Assembly (NCBI GenBank): GCA_963815195.1
Contig: CAWFGE010000012.1
Location: 256,001-320,000 of the forward strand
Length of the DNA: 64,000 bases
Direction of reading: 5' to 3'
Source: an uncultured Planctomycetaceae bacterium
GTDB taxonomy: Bacteria; Planctomycetota; Planctomycetia; Planctomycetales; Planctomycetaceae
How positions within the stretch are numbered: position 1 is the first letter of the stretch; every line of letters starts with the position of its first letter. This document shows, one piece after another, positions 46,808-58,022 of this stretch. A program made the position numbers and the translations under genes. A model generated the notes under the pieces. The model was not told the origin of the DNA and did not search any database. It saw nothing but the letters and a program-made list of their open reading frames with translations.

Positions 46808-49800
46808 TCAAGGCTCGACCACGGGCTGAAGTCCGCCGTAGAGCGGCAGGTGGCGGTATTCGATTTCCAGCATGAGGAGTTTGAGGGCGGTCGTATAAAT
46901 CCGGCCGCCGCGTTTTTCCCAGTCGTCCTTGGGAGCCCAAGTGCCGCCGGCCGGGCCGGATTGGTCTTGAGATTCCACGAGCAGTTTGTTGAGGTCTTTG
47001 TTCCAGGCCGCCCAGCGCTCGCCCTGCAGATGATAGAGCACCTGCGTCGCGTAATACCAATAGTACGAGGTGTGCCTTTGGTCTTTTTGCGGGAGGTATT
47101 TCATGAGGTATTCGCTCCCTGCGTCCAAGCGCGGGCTGGACGGCGGCTCGGCGAGGAACTCGAGGCACAACAGGCCCTCGGCGGTCATGGCGGGCGTGGG
47201 GCTGCGGCCGGTGTAGCCGAACACGCCGCCCTGGGGCTTGTTGCCTTCGACCGACGCCAGCCAGCGGCGGACGTTTTGATAGGTCGCCGCCGGCACGTCG
47301 ATGCCCGCCATCTCCGCGCTTTTGAGGGCCATCACCTGCCAGCCGACGACGGAAGTGTCCGCCGCTTCGTTGGGGTTATACCGCCAGCCGCCGGTCGGCC
47401 CGTGCTGGGCTTTCACGATAAAACCGACGGCCTTTTTCGCCGCGTCGCCCAAGCGGGGTTCCCGCGTCATCGCGAAGGCTTCGCAGACGGCGATGGTGGC
47501 GATGCCGTGGCTGTACATGACCTGGTTGTCGCCCTCCCCTTGGATCTTGCCGGCGTCATCCTGGTTTTTCAAAAGCCAATCCAACCCCTTCGTCACGACC
47601 GGGCCGTATTCTTTGGAATCCGGCGTGTGACCGGAGGCCAAGAACGGCAAGAGCGCGAGCCCCGTCGCCGCGGTGTTGGAATGTTCGCTGCCGGCCCCGG
47701 AACAGCGGCCGCCGTGCTTTTCGCAGTTCTTGTGGAACTCGTGCAGGCTCCAACGGCCGTCTTCGTCTTGATGCCTGGCCAACCAGAGCAAGCCGCGCTT
47801 CACGGCGGCTTCTTCCGCGGGATGATTCCCCAGCACCGACGCCAATTCCCGCCGCGTATCGGGATTGCGGAGAGCCAGCATCGAAGACAGCTCCACCGCC
47901 TCCTGGACTTCCACCGGCTGAGACAACTCCGCGAGCGCCGCGGGCGGCTTGAGTGCCCGCCTTTGCAGCTTCGGCTCGAATCGCTTGGGCAAGTCCTGAA
48001 GCGCCTGCGCTTTCGCCAATGCGCGGGGAGAGTTTTCAGGCGAAGCGAGTTTCGGCGGGGCGGCGATGGACTCGGCGAGGGTTCGCTTTTCCGGTGCGCC
48101 CGGGTTTTTGGACGGGGCCGTGTTGCGCGTTTCTTCCGAAGTCTTCGGTTCAATCGGCGAGAGTTCGGGCGACTGATCCAACTCCGCGACCTGGGCGAGT
48201 TGATCGGGCACGGCCGGCTTTTTGAGCGATTCGGGATTTCGTTGGAGAAGCGCACGCGAGAGTTCGGGCATGGGATGATTCAACTCGGCCACCGTCGCGG
48301 GCTTCGAGAGCAACGGCTGGTTCGGTAAAGCCGGATCGGAGTTCTGAATCTCAACCTGCGCGGACACCATCGCCGGCCGGCGGTCGCGGTCTGGGGACTC
48401 GGCGGGAACCAACTGTTCCTCGGCGGGTTTTTGCACCGGCTTCAGATCGGTTTGATCGAGATTCGCGATTTGCTGAAGCTCCGGAGTGCGCGGCTGCCGG
48501 GCGAACTTCGGCAGGACAATCGGGCGATGCGGACGCGACGGGCTGCGGGGAATCCGGCAGCGGCTCGAGCCGCACCGATTGCGGTTTCGCTTCCATCTCT
48601 TGAGGATTCGCCTTCACCGCGGGAACGACCGGTTCCACCGAAGCGGTCTGCGTTTTCTCCAAGGCGGGATTGGTTTGCACCGGGGTCGGCTCGACGGGTT
48701 GGGCTTTCACGGCGGGAAGTTCCGGGAGCGACTCGGCAACGGGCGCCGCCATCGCGACTTGCGGCCGGCTACGGGAGAGCGGCTTGGAAACCTGCGTCGG
48801 CGAGGTCGCGCGAGGCACCACCGCGACCACCGTCTGCGGCACATGGGCCGGCACGTTTTCCAAGAGCGGCAGCGTGTTGTCTTCCGGCAGGAAGGACGGC
48901 GGCTGTTGGCTGCGAGCCGCCTGGGTCGTGTGCGGTTCGCTCGGCCAATCGGGCTGTTCGACGGGCTCCACCGGCGGCAAGTCCGCGACTTTGCTGTAGA
49001 GGTTCTCCCGCGTCCGCTGGGATTGCAACTCCTCTTCATCGACCACCCGGCTCGCGGGCAACGGCTCTTGGAACTCCTTCACAATCGCATCCACCAGTCC
49101 CGGCAGCTTCCACAAAAAGAGGAGCATCACAAAGACCGCATTGATAATCAGACTCGCCGCGAGGAACCGGGCGGGCCAGACCTTCTGCGCCAGCCGCTGC
49201 CGATTCCGCAGCATCAGCCACACCGCGACGATCAACAACATCCCGCAAACGATCGCCGCCCACAACCAAGGATTGGCAAGCGCCTTGAGCCTTGACGTAT
49301 CCCGCGAGGAGTGCTCGTAAACCTCGGCGGCCGTGCTGACATAGAGCCGATCGTTCCCGTCGCGGTCGCTGGCGAACACGAGGCGAAACCCTTCGGGCGA
49401 CAGCGACGGTTCGGTCTCGTGGGCCGGGGTGTTGATGCTCGGTCCCAGGTTTTCCGCCTCGCCGATGATGTCCCCATCCAAAAGCCGCACGCGGTACAGG
49501 TCGAGGTTCGCGTCTTCGCCGGAGCGAGCCGGGCGGTCGGAGGCAAAATACAAAAACGCCCCGTCCGGGGAAACGTGCGGAGCCCCTTCGTTGCTGCCGG
49601 GCAAGTTCAACTCGGCGACCGATTTCACGTCGGCCCATCCCGCTTGATGGTTGTCTCGCTCCGCGCGGTAGAGATCATAAGTCCGCTCGCCCGTTTCCGC
49701 CCGCAGGGTGCCGGCCCATTCGCGGTTTTCCGCAGGCGCGTTCTGCGATGCTTTGCGGGCCATGCGGTCGGTGCGGTTGGAGGCGAAGTATAAAACCTTT

Positions 49801-50393
49801 CCCGATGGACCCGGACAGGGATCGTATTCGTTGGCGGGCGTGTTGATTTGGGGGCCGAGGTTTTTGGGCTTCGACCATTTGCCTTTTTGCCGGGTGGCGA
49901 CGTAGAGATCATAACCGCCTCGCCCGCCTGCGCGGTTTGAGAAAAAGTACAACTCCCGCCCGTCCCGCGAGAGGATCGGCCCCATGTCGTCCGCGTCACT
50001 GTTCAGTTCCGCCACCGGCCGCGGCGTTTCCCATCGGCCCTCGCGAAAATAAGAGCGCACGATCTCCGCCGGCTTGCCGCTTTGCCGGCGGGAGAAATAC
50101 AGCGTCGCCCCGCCGTCGGTGAGCGAAGGGGAAATCGATTCGGGCGAGGATTGATCTTCGGGTTCGGGAACGGGCAGAGATTCCGCCGATTCCCAGACAA
50201 TGAGCCGCCGGGGTGGAGCGGTTTCGCGATCCCATTCGCCGCCGCCGTCGTAGCGGACGACTTCCTCCACGCGCGTCGGCCAGAACCAGGCGATCAACCA
50301 AGCCACTGCGAGGGCGGTCAACAGTCCCGCGGCCTTCTTCACAATCGGCAAGTCCCGCCAGCCTTGACGGAGCCGGCTGATGCTGTTTCCCAT
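46808..50393 (-). CDS. Large membrane protein: PD40 beta-propeller, TonB-like TM, Pro-rich linker and prenyltransferase/squalene-oxidase repeat barrel; frameshift near 48540
   Basis: GGAGG RBS; repeated LYF.S.R/DLY/N.G..INT PD40 motifs; 3 TM helices; QW-type repeats WLARHQDEDGRW, WLLKNQ, AQ..TGGWRY, YYWYY. Confidence 0.82.
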
Positions 50394-50453
50394 CGATTCC
50401 TCCGTTGATCCCGGCGATCGCTCAGCGGTCCATTTTACAAGAGGTTTTAATCG

Positions 50454-50543
50454 ACCCAAGCCGCCGGCTTGCCGGCGGTCCGACGCCAGAGGCGTCGGCT
50501 TGGGTTTGAGGTCCGACGCCAGGGGCGTCGGCTTGGGTTTAAG
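50454..50543. repeat. Tandem 33-bp REP-like palindromes plus an adjacent hairpin
   Basis: gtccgacgcc-agR-ggcgtcggcttgggtttRag twice (50478-50543); ccgccggc-tt-gccggcgg at ~50461. Confidence 0.7.
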
Positions 50544-50572
50544 AACCGTTTCTGATTCGTGATATGGACTCG

Positions 50573-50995
50573 TCACGAAGCCCCGCGCCGCTGCAGGACG
50601 GCGATTTCCGATTCCATGCCGACTTTGTTACAGAGGCCCGTGGCTTTGACGGCGTGCTTCAAAGCGCTTTCCTCGTCGCCGTAAATCAGCGCAGCCTGGC
50701 TGGGGTTGTTGCGGTTGGCGGCGGCGAGGACGGCTGCGAGTTCCGCTTCCGTGTATTCCTGGTCCTCGATCACAAACCGCCCGTCCGAGGTGATGTTGAT
50801 CACGAGCTTCGGCGTCATCGAAGCCGGCTGCGCGAGGGCCGCCGTCGGCAGCTTGATCTCGTTCAGCCGCCGTTCTTCGGTGTCTTCCTGATAGCGCGTC
50901 GCGACGAGGAAGAAGATCAACAGCAAAAACACGACATCGATTACGGGCGTCAAATTCGGCCCCTCATAATCATGCGCTTCCGGCGGCAATCGCAT
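50573..50995 (-). CDS. exbD: ExbD/TolR family protein
   Basis: NLTPVIDVVFLLLIFFLV with the conserved TM Asp. Confidence 0.9.
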   Translation of the reverse strand: MRLPPEAHDYEGPNLTPVIDVVFLLLIFFLVATRYQEDTEERRLNEIKLPTAALAQPASMTPKLVINITSDGRFVIEDQEYTEAELAAVLAAANRNNPSQAALIYGDEESALKHAVKATGLCNKVGMESEIAVLQRRGAS

Positions 50996-51085
50996 CGAAC
51001 TCCACCTTATTGATTTAAGAATCGAAACCGTGGATTGTTTGAATGATTGGAACACTCATCGGGACTCATCTTCGCGAATCATACC

Positions 51086-51194
51086 CCTCGTTCCCAAGCC
51101 CCAGCTTGGGAACGAGGTGGAGAGATGGAAATTCCGCTGGCTCCATTCGTGTAATTCGTGGTTGGCCTCTTCTCGTTTTCGTGTCTTTCGTGGT
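51086..51194. repeat. Palindrome plus TTCGTG short-unit repeats between exbB and exbD
   Basis: cctcgttcccaagc-ccca-gcttgggaacgagg 14-bp stem; ttcgtgtaattcgtgg and ttcgtgtctttcgtgg. Confidence 0.6.
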
Positions 51195-51205
51195 GCCTCC
51201 CGAAA

Positions 51206-52063
51206 TCATTTCGCCGTCGCCAAAAGGCGTTCCTGGTTCGCGGCGTCTTTTTCGCTGGCGTGGAACTCGCGGCCGGTTTGTTCGAGCGCCCCGAAGCTGG
51301 GCAGGACCTCGGCCAGATGCAGGTCGATCTCGCGGAAGGCCCGGTCGATCTTGGCGTTGAAGTAGGCCGCGCACAACAGGGAAGGAATCGCAATCGCCAA
51401 CCCCGCCGCCGTCGTGAGGAGCGCGAGATAAATCCCCTGAGCGAGGGTTTCGCCTTTGCCGCCCAAGCCGCCGGAACTCGCGGTGTAAAACGCTCCGATC
51501 ATCCCCACGACCGTTCCCAACAGGCCGATCAAGGGGGCGATGCTGCCGATGACGCTCAGCGGGCGAACCCGGCTGCGCAGCTCGGCGATCTCGCGGGCGG
51601 CGGCGTCTTCCAGCGACTTTTCCACCTCCGGCAAAGGCCGGCCCGCCCGCAACAGCCCCGCGCTCAGAATGTTCGTGGGCGGACCATCGAACTTGCGCAC
51701 AGGCTCCGCAGGGCGTTCTCGTCGGCTTCGCGGCCCACGGCGAGTTTTTGCAGTTCCTCAACGAACCCGGGCGGAATCAGCAAATGCCGGCGCGTCGCCG
51801 CGGCGCGTTCGACCGCGATCATCGTGGCATACACGGAAAACGCGCCGAGCACCAACATAAAGCCCCAGCCCGTCGGGCCGCTGTCGGCGATCATCGTCAT
51901 GATCGATGGCGTGCCTTCTTCGCTCGGCCGGCGCGTTTTGACTGTCTGCCGCCGGGTCCGCTGAAAACGCAGGACGGGACAACACCGAAAACGCGATGAA
52001 CATCCCCAACACAACGGCCAAGGAAATCGATGGGGAAAGAATCAATCGGGCGGAGTGCTTCAC
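51206..52063 (-). CDS. exbB: MotA/TolQ/ExbB proton channel protein; frameshifts near 51930 and 51720
   Basis: IAPLIGLLGTVVGMI, LAQGIYLALLTTAAGLAIAIP; GTG start after GGGAGG. Confidence 0.87.
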
Positions 52064-52094
52064 GGAATTTGCCTCCCTCGAGAATTGCGAATGT

Positions 52095-55000
52095 TTATGG
52101 GACGGTCTTGAGCAGTTTCTGGGCATCTTTGACCAAGGCGTGCTGCGGGAATTTTTCGATCACGAACTCCAGTTCTTCGCGGGCTTTCGCCGGTTTTTTG
52201 AGCTGGACAAAGCAGCGGGCCGCCTGGTAATGCCCTTGGACTTTCCATTCTTCGTAAGGGTAACCCAGGGCCGCTTCGAGGTAGTGCTCCCAGGCGGAGT
52301 CGAACTTCTGCTGGGCGAAATCGCATTCGCCGAGCATAAACCGCGCGCGGGCCGCGGTCTCGGTCTCTGTGTCTTTGAGGACCTGCTGGTAATGGCTCCG
52401 CGCGGGATCGAACTTCTTCTGATTCTGTAGCGCAAACGCCAAGCCGTAGCGGGCTTCCACGTGCTGCGGGAACTTCGAGAAGCGATCGACCACCGCCCCA
52501 AAATATTTCTCGGCATCGGCCCACTGTTTCAGGCGCGTCGCGCACTGCCCCGCGCGGTAATGGGCGCGGGGTTGATATTCCTCGGACGGACTCTTCGCCA
52601 GCTCGGCATACAGCGGAAACGCTTGCTCGATCTTGTCCTGGATGTACAGCGACTCGGCCTGAAGCGACACCGCATCGTCGCGATAAGTGCTCTTGGGAAA
52701 GTCGGCCAGCAGCTTTTTCAGCTCGGCGACCGCCTCCGCGTAGGCTTTGCGGTCGTACTGCACCCGGGCGATTTTGTAAAGCAAAAGCTCTTTGAGTTCC
52801 GGCTCGCCGGCTTTGGCAAGACCCCCTTGAAAACTTTTGAGCGCTTCATCGAGTTTGGAGTTGGCCGTGTGATATTCCCCCACGCGGAACAACGCTTCCG
52901 CCGCGAGCGGGCTTTCGGGAAACGTCGCGGCCAGGTGCTCGAAGGTCTCCGCGGCTTTGTCGGCTTGCTTGAGGTTCTGATAGGCAAACGCCAGTTCGTA
53001 ATGGGCCTGGTCCGCTTTCGGCGACTGCGGGGATTCCTTGAGCAGAGTTTCCAAAGCCGTCGCGGCCTTATGGTAATCTTTCTGGGCCGACTGCGAGAGA
53101 GCCAGCGTGAGCCGGGCCTCGGCTTTGCATTCGGCATCGTCCGGATTGGCGGCAAGGTAGGCACCGAGGTCGGCGATCGCTTGCGGATACTGCTTGAGCT
53201 GATAATAACTCGCCCCGCGGAGATACCGCCCGTTGGCCGCCACCTCGGACTTCGGCCACTTGGAGAGAAGCTGCGAAAGCTCCTTGACGGCTGCGTTCTG
53301 GTCGGGCTTTTGAAAAGCACAGGCCCCCAAGCGGTATTGGGCGAGCGGGGCCAACTCATGCTCGGGAAACTTGGCAACGACTTGCCGATAATAGTTCGCG
53401 GCCTCGTCCCATTTTTTTTCCTCCATCTTCAGCCGGCCCAACCGCGAATACGCGTGCGGCAAGAGTTCGCTTTTCGGATAGCGGGAAATCAACTGATTGA
53501 GATCGCCCATCGCCGCCTGCGGGTTTTTGTCGGCTTCCCGTTCCGCCGCGAGCGCGAGCAGCACCTCGTCGCCCCGCGGCCAGTCGGGGTCGGCTTGCCG
53601 GGACCGCTCGAACGCTTGGATCGCCTGTTTGTGCTGCTCTTTCGCCGCGTACGATCGGCCGATGAGAAAATGGGCCTCCGCCAGAAGCGGTTTGTCGGAG
53701 ATTTGTTTCACGCATTCATTCAGCCAAACGGTGGCCGGATCGTGTTGCCCCGAGGCGAACAGGCAATGCCCGACCCGCACCCGCGCGATCGGCGTTTGTG
53801 GATGATCGGACTTTTTCGCGATCAGTTCGCGGTAGAGCTTTTCCGCTTTGGCATAATCCGGTTTCTCTTGCAGGAGTTCGCATTCCCCCGCAATAAAGAC
53901 GACCTCGCCCCACAGCGGATGTTTTTCGGCATCGGTTTTCGCCAGGAAAGCCGCGGCGTGTTGTCGGCCCGCGGGATAATCCGCAACTTCCAGTGCCGCC
54001 CGCGCCGCCCGGTAAAGCGCCTCCGCCGCCAGGGGATGTTGTTGATGGCCGGCCGCGAAATCGGCGAAGCGTTTGAGCGATGCCTGCGCTTCGTTCGGCT
54101 GATCGGCCAAAGCTTCGAGACGGGCGAACTCCAGCTGCGGTTTCATCTCGCCCGCGGCTGGGGACGCGATGGCAGCGTCCAGAACTTGCACCGCTTCGGG
54201 AGACCGCTTCTGCGACCGCAAGGTCTGCCCTAACCAATACGCCGCCTCCGCGGCGTGCGGGGATTCCTTTCGCTTCGCCAAAAGCTCTTTCAGCGAGCGC
54301 TCGGCTTCGGGAAACTTGCCCGCGCGGTAGCGGCTTTTGCCGGCGGCGATCAGGCTGTCCGCGAGATACGTGCTCTCGGGGAATTTGCTGGGCAGCGATT
54401 CAAGCACCTGGGCGGCTTCGGGGAATTTCTCCTGCTGAAACAGCGCCTGCCCGCGCTGAAGTTCCGCAAAGTCCGCGAGCGGAAATTCCTTCACCGCAGC
54501 CGCCTCGCGGAAATAGCGCTCCGCATCGGCGAATTGCGCCCGGCTCATTTTGACCATCCCCAATCGCAACTTCGCCTCCGGGACCTGCGGGTGTTTTCCG
54601 AATCGATTGAGGAACGTCTGAAACGATTTCTCGGCCTCGGCGTGCTGTTCGAGTTCATGCTGCGTCGTGCCGGCGGCCAGATAAATCTCGGGCAACAGCG
54701 GCGAATCTTTGTGGGCATTGATGACCTGGAGATAGGTCTTCACCGCGGCGGGTTTGTCGCCGGCTTGATACTGGCACTCGGCCTGATACCAGCCCGCCTG
54801 CGCCGCCTGGGTGCTTTTGGGATGCCGGCTTTGCATATCGGCGAAGCTCTTGGCGGCTTTCTGATAATCGGCCGGTTTCGCCGAAGCCGCGGCCTGTTGG
54901 TAATAGACCAACCCGAGATTGAACTCCGCCGCGTCCCGGTGGGCGAAGTCTTTGTGCCGGGCGAGCAACTGCTCGAACGCCTCGGCCGCGTGGGAAAAAT

Positions 55001-55265
55001 CCTTGTGCTGATAATAACACAGGCCCAAGTGATATTGGGCCAAGGGAAACCGCTCATCTTTTGGATGGTTTTTGAGGAACTCTTTCCAGCGCTCGATCGC
55101 CTGCGGGTAATGGCCTTTTTTCTCGAAACCCAGGGCCACCGCATAATCCCGCGTGGCGGCGTTTTCGGTTTGGGCGTTCAAAACAGCGGGGAAGAAAGTC
55201 AGCGACGCACCGGCGAGGAACACCGCCAGCACCAACACAATTCGGCCGCGAGTGGGCATGGACAT
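52095..55265 (-). CDS. Secreted multi-TPR protein (CpoB/BamD-like repeats, about 1050 aa)
   Basis: Signal peptide ending LNA-Q; many A.Y.LG / ..FP.S TPR units. Confidence 0.9.
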   Translation of the reverse strand: MSMPTRGRIVLVLAVFLAGASLTFFPAVLNAQTENAATRDYAVALGFEKKGHYPQAIERWKEFLKNHPKDERFPLAQYHLGLCYYQHKDFSHAAEAFEQLLARHKDFAHRDAAEFNLGLVYYQQAAASAKPADYQKAAKSFADMQSRHPKSTQAAQAGWYQAECQYQAGDKPAAVKTYLQVINAHKDSPLLPEIYLAAGTTQHELEQHAEAEKSFQTFLNRFGKHPQVPEAKLRLGMVKMSRAQFADAERYFREAAAVKEFPLADFAELQRGQALFQQEKFPEAAQVLESLPSKFPESTYLADSLIAAGKSRYRAGKFPEAERSLKELLAKRKESPHAAEAAYWLGQTLRSQKRSPEAVQVLDAAIASPAAGEMKPQLEFARLEALADQPNEAQASLKRFADFAAGHQQHPLAAEALYRAARAALEVADYPAGRQHAAAFLAKTDAEKHPLWGEVVFIAGECELLQEKPDYAKAEKLYRELIAKKSDHPQTPIARVRVGHCLFASGQHDPATVWLNECVKQISDKPLLAEAHFLIGRSYAAKEQHKQAIQAFERSRQADPDWPRGDEVLLALAAEREADKNPQAAMGDLNQLISRYPKSELLPHAYSRLGRLKMEEKKWDEAANYYRQVVAKFPEHELAPLAQYRLGACAFQKPDQNAAVKELSQLLSKWPKSEVAANGRYLRGASYYQLKQYPQAIADLGAYLAANPDDAECKAEARLTLALSQSAQKDYHKAATALETLLKESPQSPKADQAHYELAFAYQNLKQADKAAETFEHLAATFPESPLAAEALFRVGEYHTANSKLDEALKSFQGGLAKAGEPELKELLLYKIARVQYDRKAYAEAVAELKKLLADFPKSTYRDDAVSLQAESLYIQDKIEQAFPLYAELAKSPSEEYQPRAHYRAGQCATRLKQWADAEKYFGAVVDRFSKFPQHVEARYGLAFALQNQKKFDPARSHYQQVLKDTETETAARARFMLGECDFAQQKFDSAWEHYLEAALGYPYEEWKVQGHYQAARCFVQLKKPAKAREELEFVIEKFPQHALVKDAQKLLKTVP

Positions 55266-55794
55266 CGAGACTCCTTCCCAATTCGGTTGATTGCACCAAA
55301 GGTTCGTCACGCTTGCATTACGGTTCAGTTTGCATCAATGATTTCTGATATGCAAGAGGTCGGGCCGAGCGAATGGTTCGTAAAGCTGTGCGTCATATTC
55401 CCAAAAATCCGAACGGCCGGTGCTCTGCTTATAAATCGTCTCGGCCAGACGAGCGAAGCCGCCGAGGGAAATCTCCGCGCCCGGCGAATAAATCTCGGGC
55501 AGCGATCGGCAATGGGGGCTTGTTATTTTTTACGCTATCGCTGCGAGAGGGATTGTGTCAAGGATTGTTGCGAATCGAGCTTCGGGAATTCCGTCCGCCT
55601 ACAATACCTGACTTCTTTGCGCCACAAGCCCGTTTACAATCCTAAGCCGATCGAACAAAAGGAGTTGGGGTTCTCAATTGAGTAATTCCCCGTTCAGCGC
55701 ATTTTTGAACATTTTTTGCTTTCGCAGCGAAGTGGCTTGGAGTAGGGTAGTGGGAATTGGTAACCATTTGGTCCCTCTGCCGAAAGGAACTCAG

Positions 55795-56298
55795 ATGATG
55801 ATGAATCCGCTGGCGAAACGATGGCCGTGTCTCGTCCTTGTCTGCCTCACCAGTCTGCCGATTGTCGCGGATGAGCCGAAGGCCAAGCCCGGCACTGCCG
55901 AGGCCACTCCCGAAGGGGCCTGGCGGCTGGTGGGTTACAAATCCGGAAATGCGCAAGAGTTTTCCGCTCTTCCCGAGGGCTACGAACAAACCAAGTTGGT
56001 GACGGGCGGCCGCTTCGTGTGGACCTTGGTCAAAGAGGGCGTGATCGTCCGCTCGGGCGGAGGCCGATGCAACATTCAAGGAAACAATTACACGGAACGC
56101 GTGGACTTCGTTTTCAGCGACCGAGACAAGTGGCTCGTCGGTCGCGAACATAAATTCCAATGGAAGATTGTGGGAAATTCGTGGCGGCACGAAGGCACGC
56201 TCAAAGGCGAGAAGGGTGAGACGAAGATTCTGGAGGTTTGGGATCGGATTGATCCCGTCACCGAGGCTCAACCCAAATCGGATCAATCCGCCAAGTAG
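55795..56298 (+). CDS. Secreted lipocalin-like beta-barrel hypothetical protein
   Basis: Signal peptide; EGAWRLV and EVW.R motifs. Confidence 0.7.
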   Translation: MMMNPLAKRWPCLVLVCLTSLPIVADEPKAKPGTAEATPEGAWRLVGYKSGNAQEFSALPEGYEQTKLVTGGRFVWTLVKEGVIVRSGGGRCNIQGNNYTERVDFVFSDRDKWLVGREHKFQWKIVGNSWRHEGTLKGEKGETKILEVWDRIDPVTEAQPKSDQSAK

Positions 56299-56339
56299 GC
56301 GTGTCGCTTGTGGGACAGCGGAGCCTGTCGCTTTGGGCT

Positions 56340-57137
56340 TCAGCGCTTCTTGAGGCAACAGTGCTTGTATTTCTTGCCGCTGCCGCACGGGCACAGATCG
56401 TTCCGTCCCACTTTCACTTGCCTGGAAGGTCCCATTCGCGGGCCGGGATGCGGCATACTTTGACCGGCGTCTTCATAACGGATATGGCGCGAGGCACCTG
56501 CGCTCAAGCAGGTTTTGATCAGATTTGCCGGGTCATATTTTCCGGACTCTTGGGATGTCATGGCCTTCCCCAATTGATTCACCAGATCGTTCGGCTCGCC
56601 TTTCGGCATGAGTCCAATCGGGATGGCCGCTCCGCATGTCATCGAGAAGTCATCAAAACTCATGATCCGCGAGGCAAGAACGACGCCCGGTTTCCCCGAA
56701 TTGCCGAATCCCACATCGACAATCAAAACGTGCCGGTCCGAAACCACGTCGCGCGCGGTGATGCCGACGTTGGGAATCACGCTTTCCGCGACAAAGACGG
56801 AATAGAACGCCTCGCGCATGGCGTTCAAGCACTGCATTTCTTCCGAGTCCGGCGGAGGCGGGGAATCTTGGAGAAACCGCTCGACCGCATTCCGGCCGTT
56901 CCGGTACACGTCGTAAATGCAATAATCCATCAACACGGACGTCTCGTCGTCCGTCTTGAACACGAGTATGCCGCCTTGAAGTAAGCCCAGCTTCCTGCCG
57001 CCTTCGTCCATTTGGTCTTTGGAAAGCGTCTTGACCAATTGATGGTTCAGTTTGACGGATGCGGCGCGCAGACGCTTGTACCGTTTGACAATGTCGTCGT
57101 AGTTGACTTGTCGATCTCGTGTTTCGTCACTCATCAT
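56340..57137 (-). CDS. SEC-C motif protein
   Basis: C-terminal [19 protein letters not shown]. Confidence 0.88.
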   Translation of the reverse strand: MMSDETRDRQVNYDDIVKRYKRLRAASVKLNHQLVKTLSKDQMDEGGRKLGLLQGGILVFKTDDETSVLMDYCIYDVYRNGRNAVERFLQDSPPPPDSEEMQCLNAMREAFYSVFVAESVIPNVGITARDVVSDRHVLIVDVGFGNSGKPGVVLASRIMSFDDFSMTCGAAIPIGLMPKGEPNDLVNQLGKAMTSQESGKYDPANLIKTCLSAGASRHIRYEDAGQSMPHPGPRMGPSRQVKVGRNDLCPCGSGKKYKHCCLKKR

Positions 57138-57160
57138 CTGAAAATCCTAAAAACGTGACT

Positions 57161-57916
57161 CTACGCGGTTTCGCCCGCGGTCCACTCCAACAGTTGCTGG
57201 AGGAACTGCGCGTAATCGCCGCCGACTTCGACAGGCTGGCTATTTGGGGCCTCTGCAGAAATGCGGGGCGTGCCCCAATCGATCAAGGGGCCGACCCAAT
57301 GCGGGGCGACGTCGGTCAAGAACGCAGCGGTGCGGCCTTGCTGAAATTGGCCGACGACCAACAACGGCAACCGCTCGATGATTTGGAACGTGAACAGGTT
57401 TTCGTCCTGCAACTTGGCGTCGAAGAGGCACGCTTCCAGGATCACCTCGGCATCGGGCTTGGCTTGGACCTGGTTCAAGCCGCCGATGACCGGGGGCCGG
57501 TCTTCCCAAGGCAGGCCGTCGAGGATGGAATGCTCCTTCAGCCGGCGCACGAGCACGGGGACATCGCAGTTCCGGCGGTCGTCGCGGTTGGCGATTTCGA
57601 CAGGCAGGACGTTGCCGATCGGGGTGCCGTCCCAAGCGCCGCCCAAGCCGTGAAACGACTCCCAACCGCCGATCATCAATAATCCCGCCCCGCCCGCCAC
57701 CTGGTCGAGCAGGGCGTGTTGCGCCTCTTCGCCAAGGTTCGCGGCCGGAAAATCGCTGAGGATGATTAAACCATAGTCGCCGGCCAACTCTTCGGGCAAC
57801 GGCTGGGCGTCGCTGGGGAAATAGTCGAACGTCCAGCTCCAATGGTGCATCAGTCCCGCAAGATACGCGGCGGCGGCCTGCAAATGCGTATCACCCAAAT
57901 ACAAGAGATTCTTCAT
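57161..57916 (-). CDS. Glutamine-amidotransferase-like protein (DUF1355/GATase1-like)
   Basis: IILSDFP, GAGLLMIGGWESF.G..G.W..TPI..VLPV, DVAPHW. Confidence 0.8.
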   Translation of the reverse strand: MKNLLYLGDTHLQAAAAYLAGLMHHWSWTFDYFPSDAQPLPEELAGDYGLIILSDFPAANLGEEAQHALLDQVAGGAGLLMIGGWESFHGLGGAWDGTPIGNVLPVEIANRDDRRNCDVPVLVRRLKEHSILDGLPWEDRPPVIGGLNQVQAKPDAEVILEACLFDAKLQDENLFTFQIIERLPLLVVGQFQQGRTAAFLTDVAPHWVGPLIDWGTPRISAEAPNSQPVEVGGDYAQFLQQLLEWTAGETA

Positions 57917-58022
57917 CGCAAAAACCCCTCCGGGTGGATTGCAAGTTAACGACCTGTGGCATAGGGTGACGCGAAATTCGGAAGGGGCAATCAACTCGCA
58001 CCATTTCACGAAGAGTAGCAGC

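Noticed and set aside
46808..47830. Squalene-hopene cyclase
   Set aside because: Only a single QW-repeat barrel and no DxDD catalytic motif
50394..50576. LKPKPTPLASD x2 peptide repeat or mini-CRISPR
   Set aside because: The units are adjacent DNA palindromes with no spacers and no cas genes; the strong RBS places the gene start at 50393
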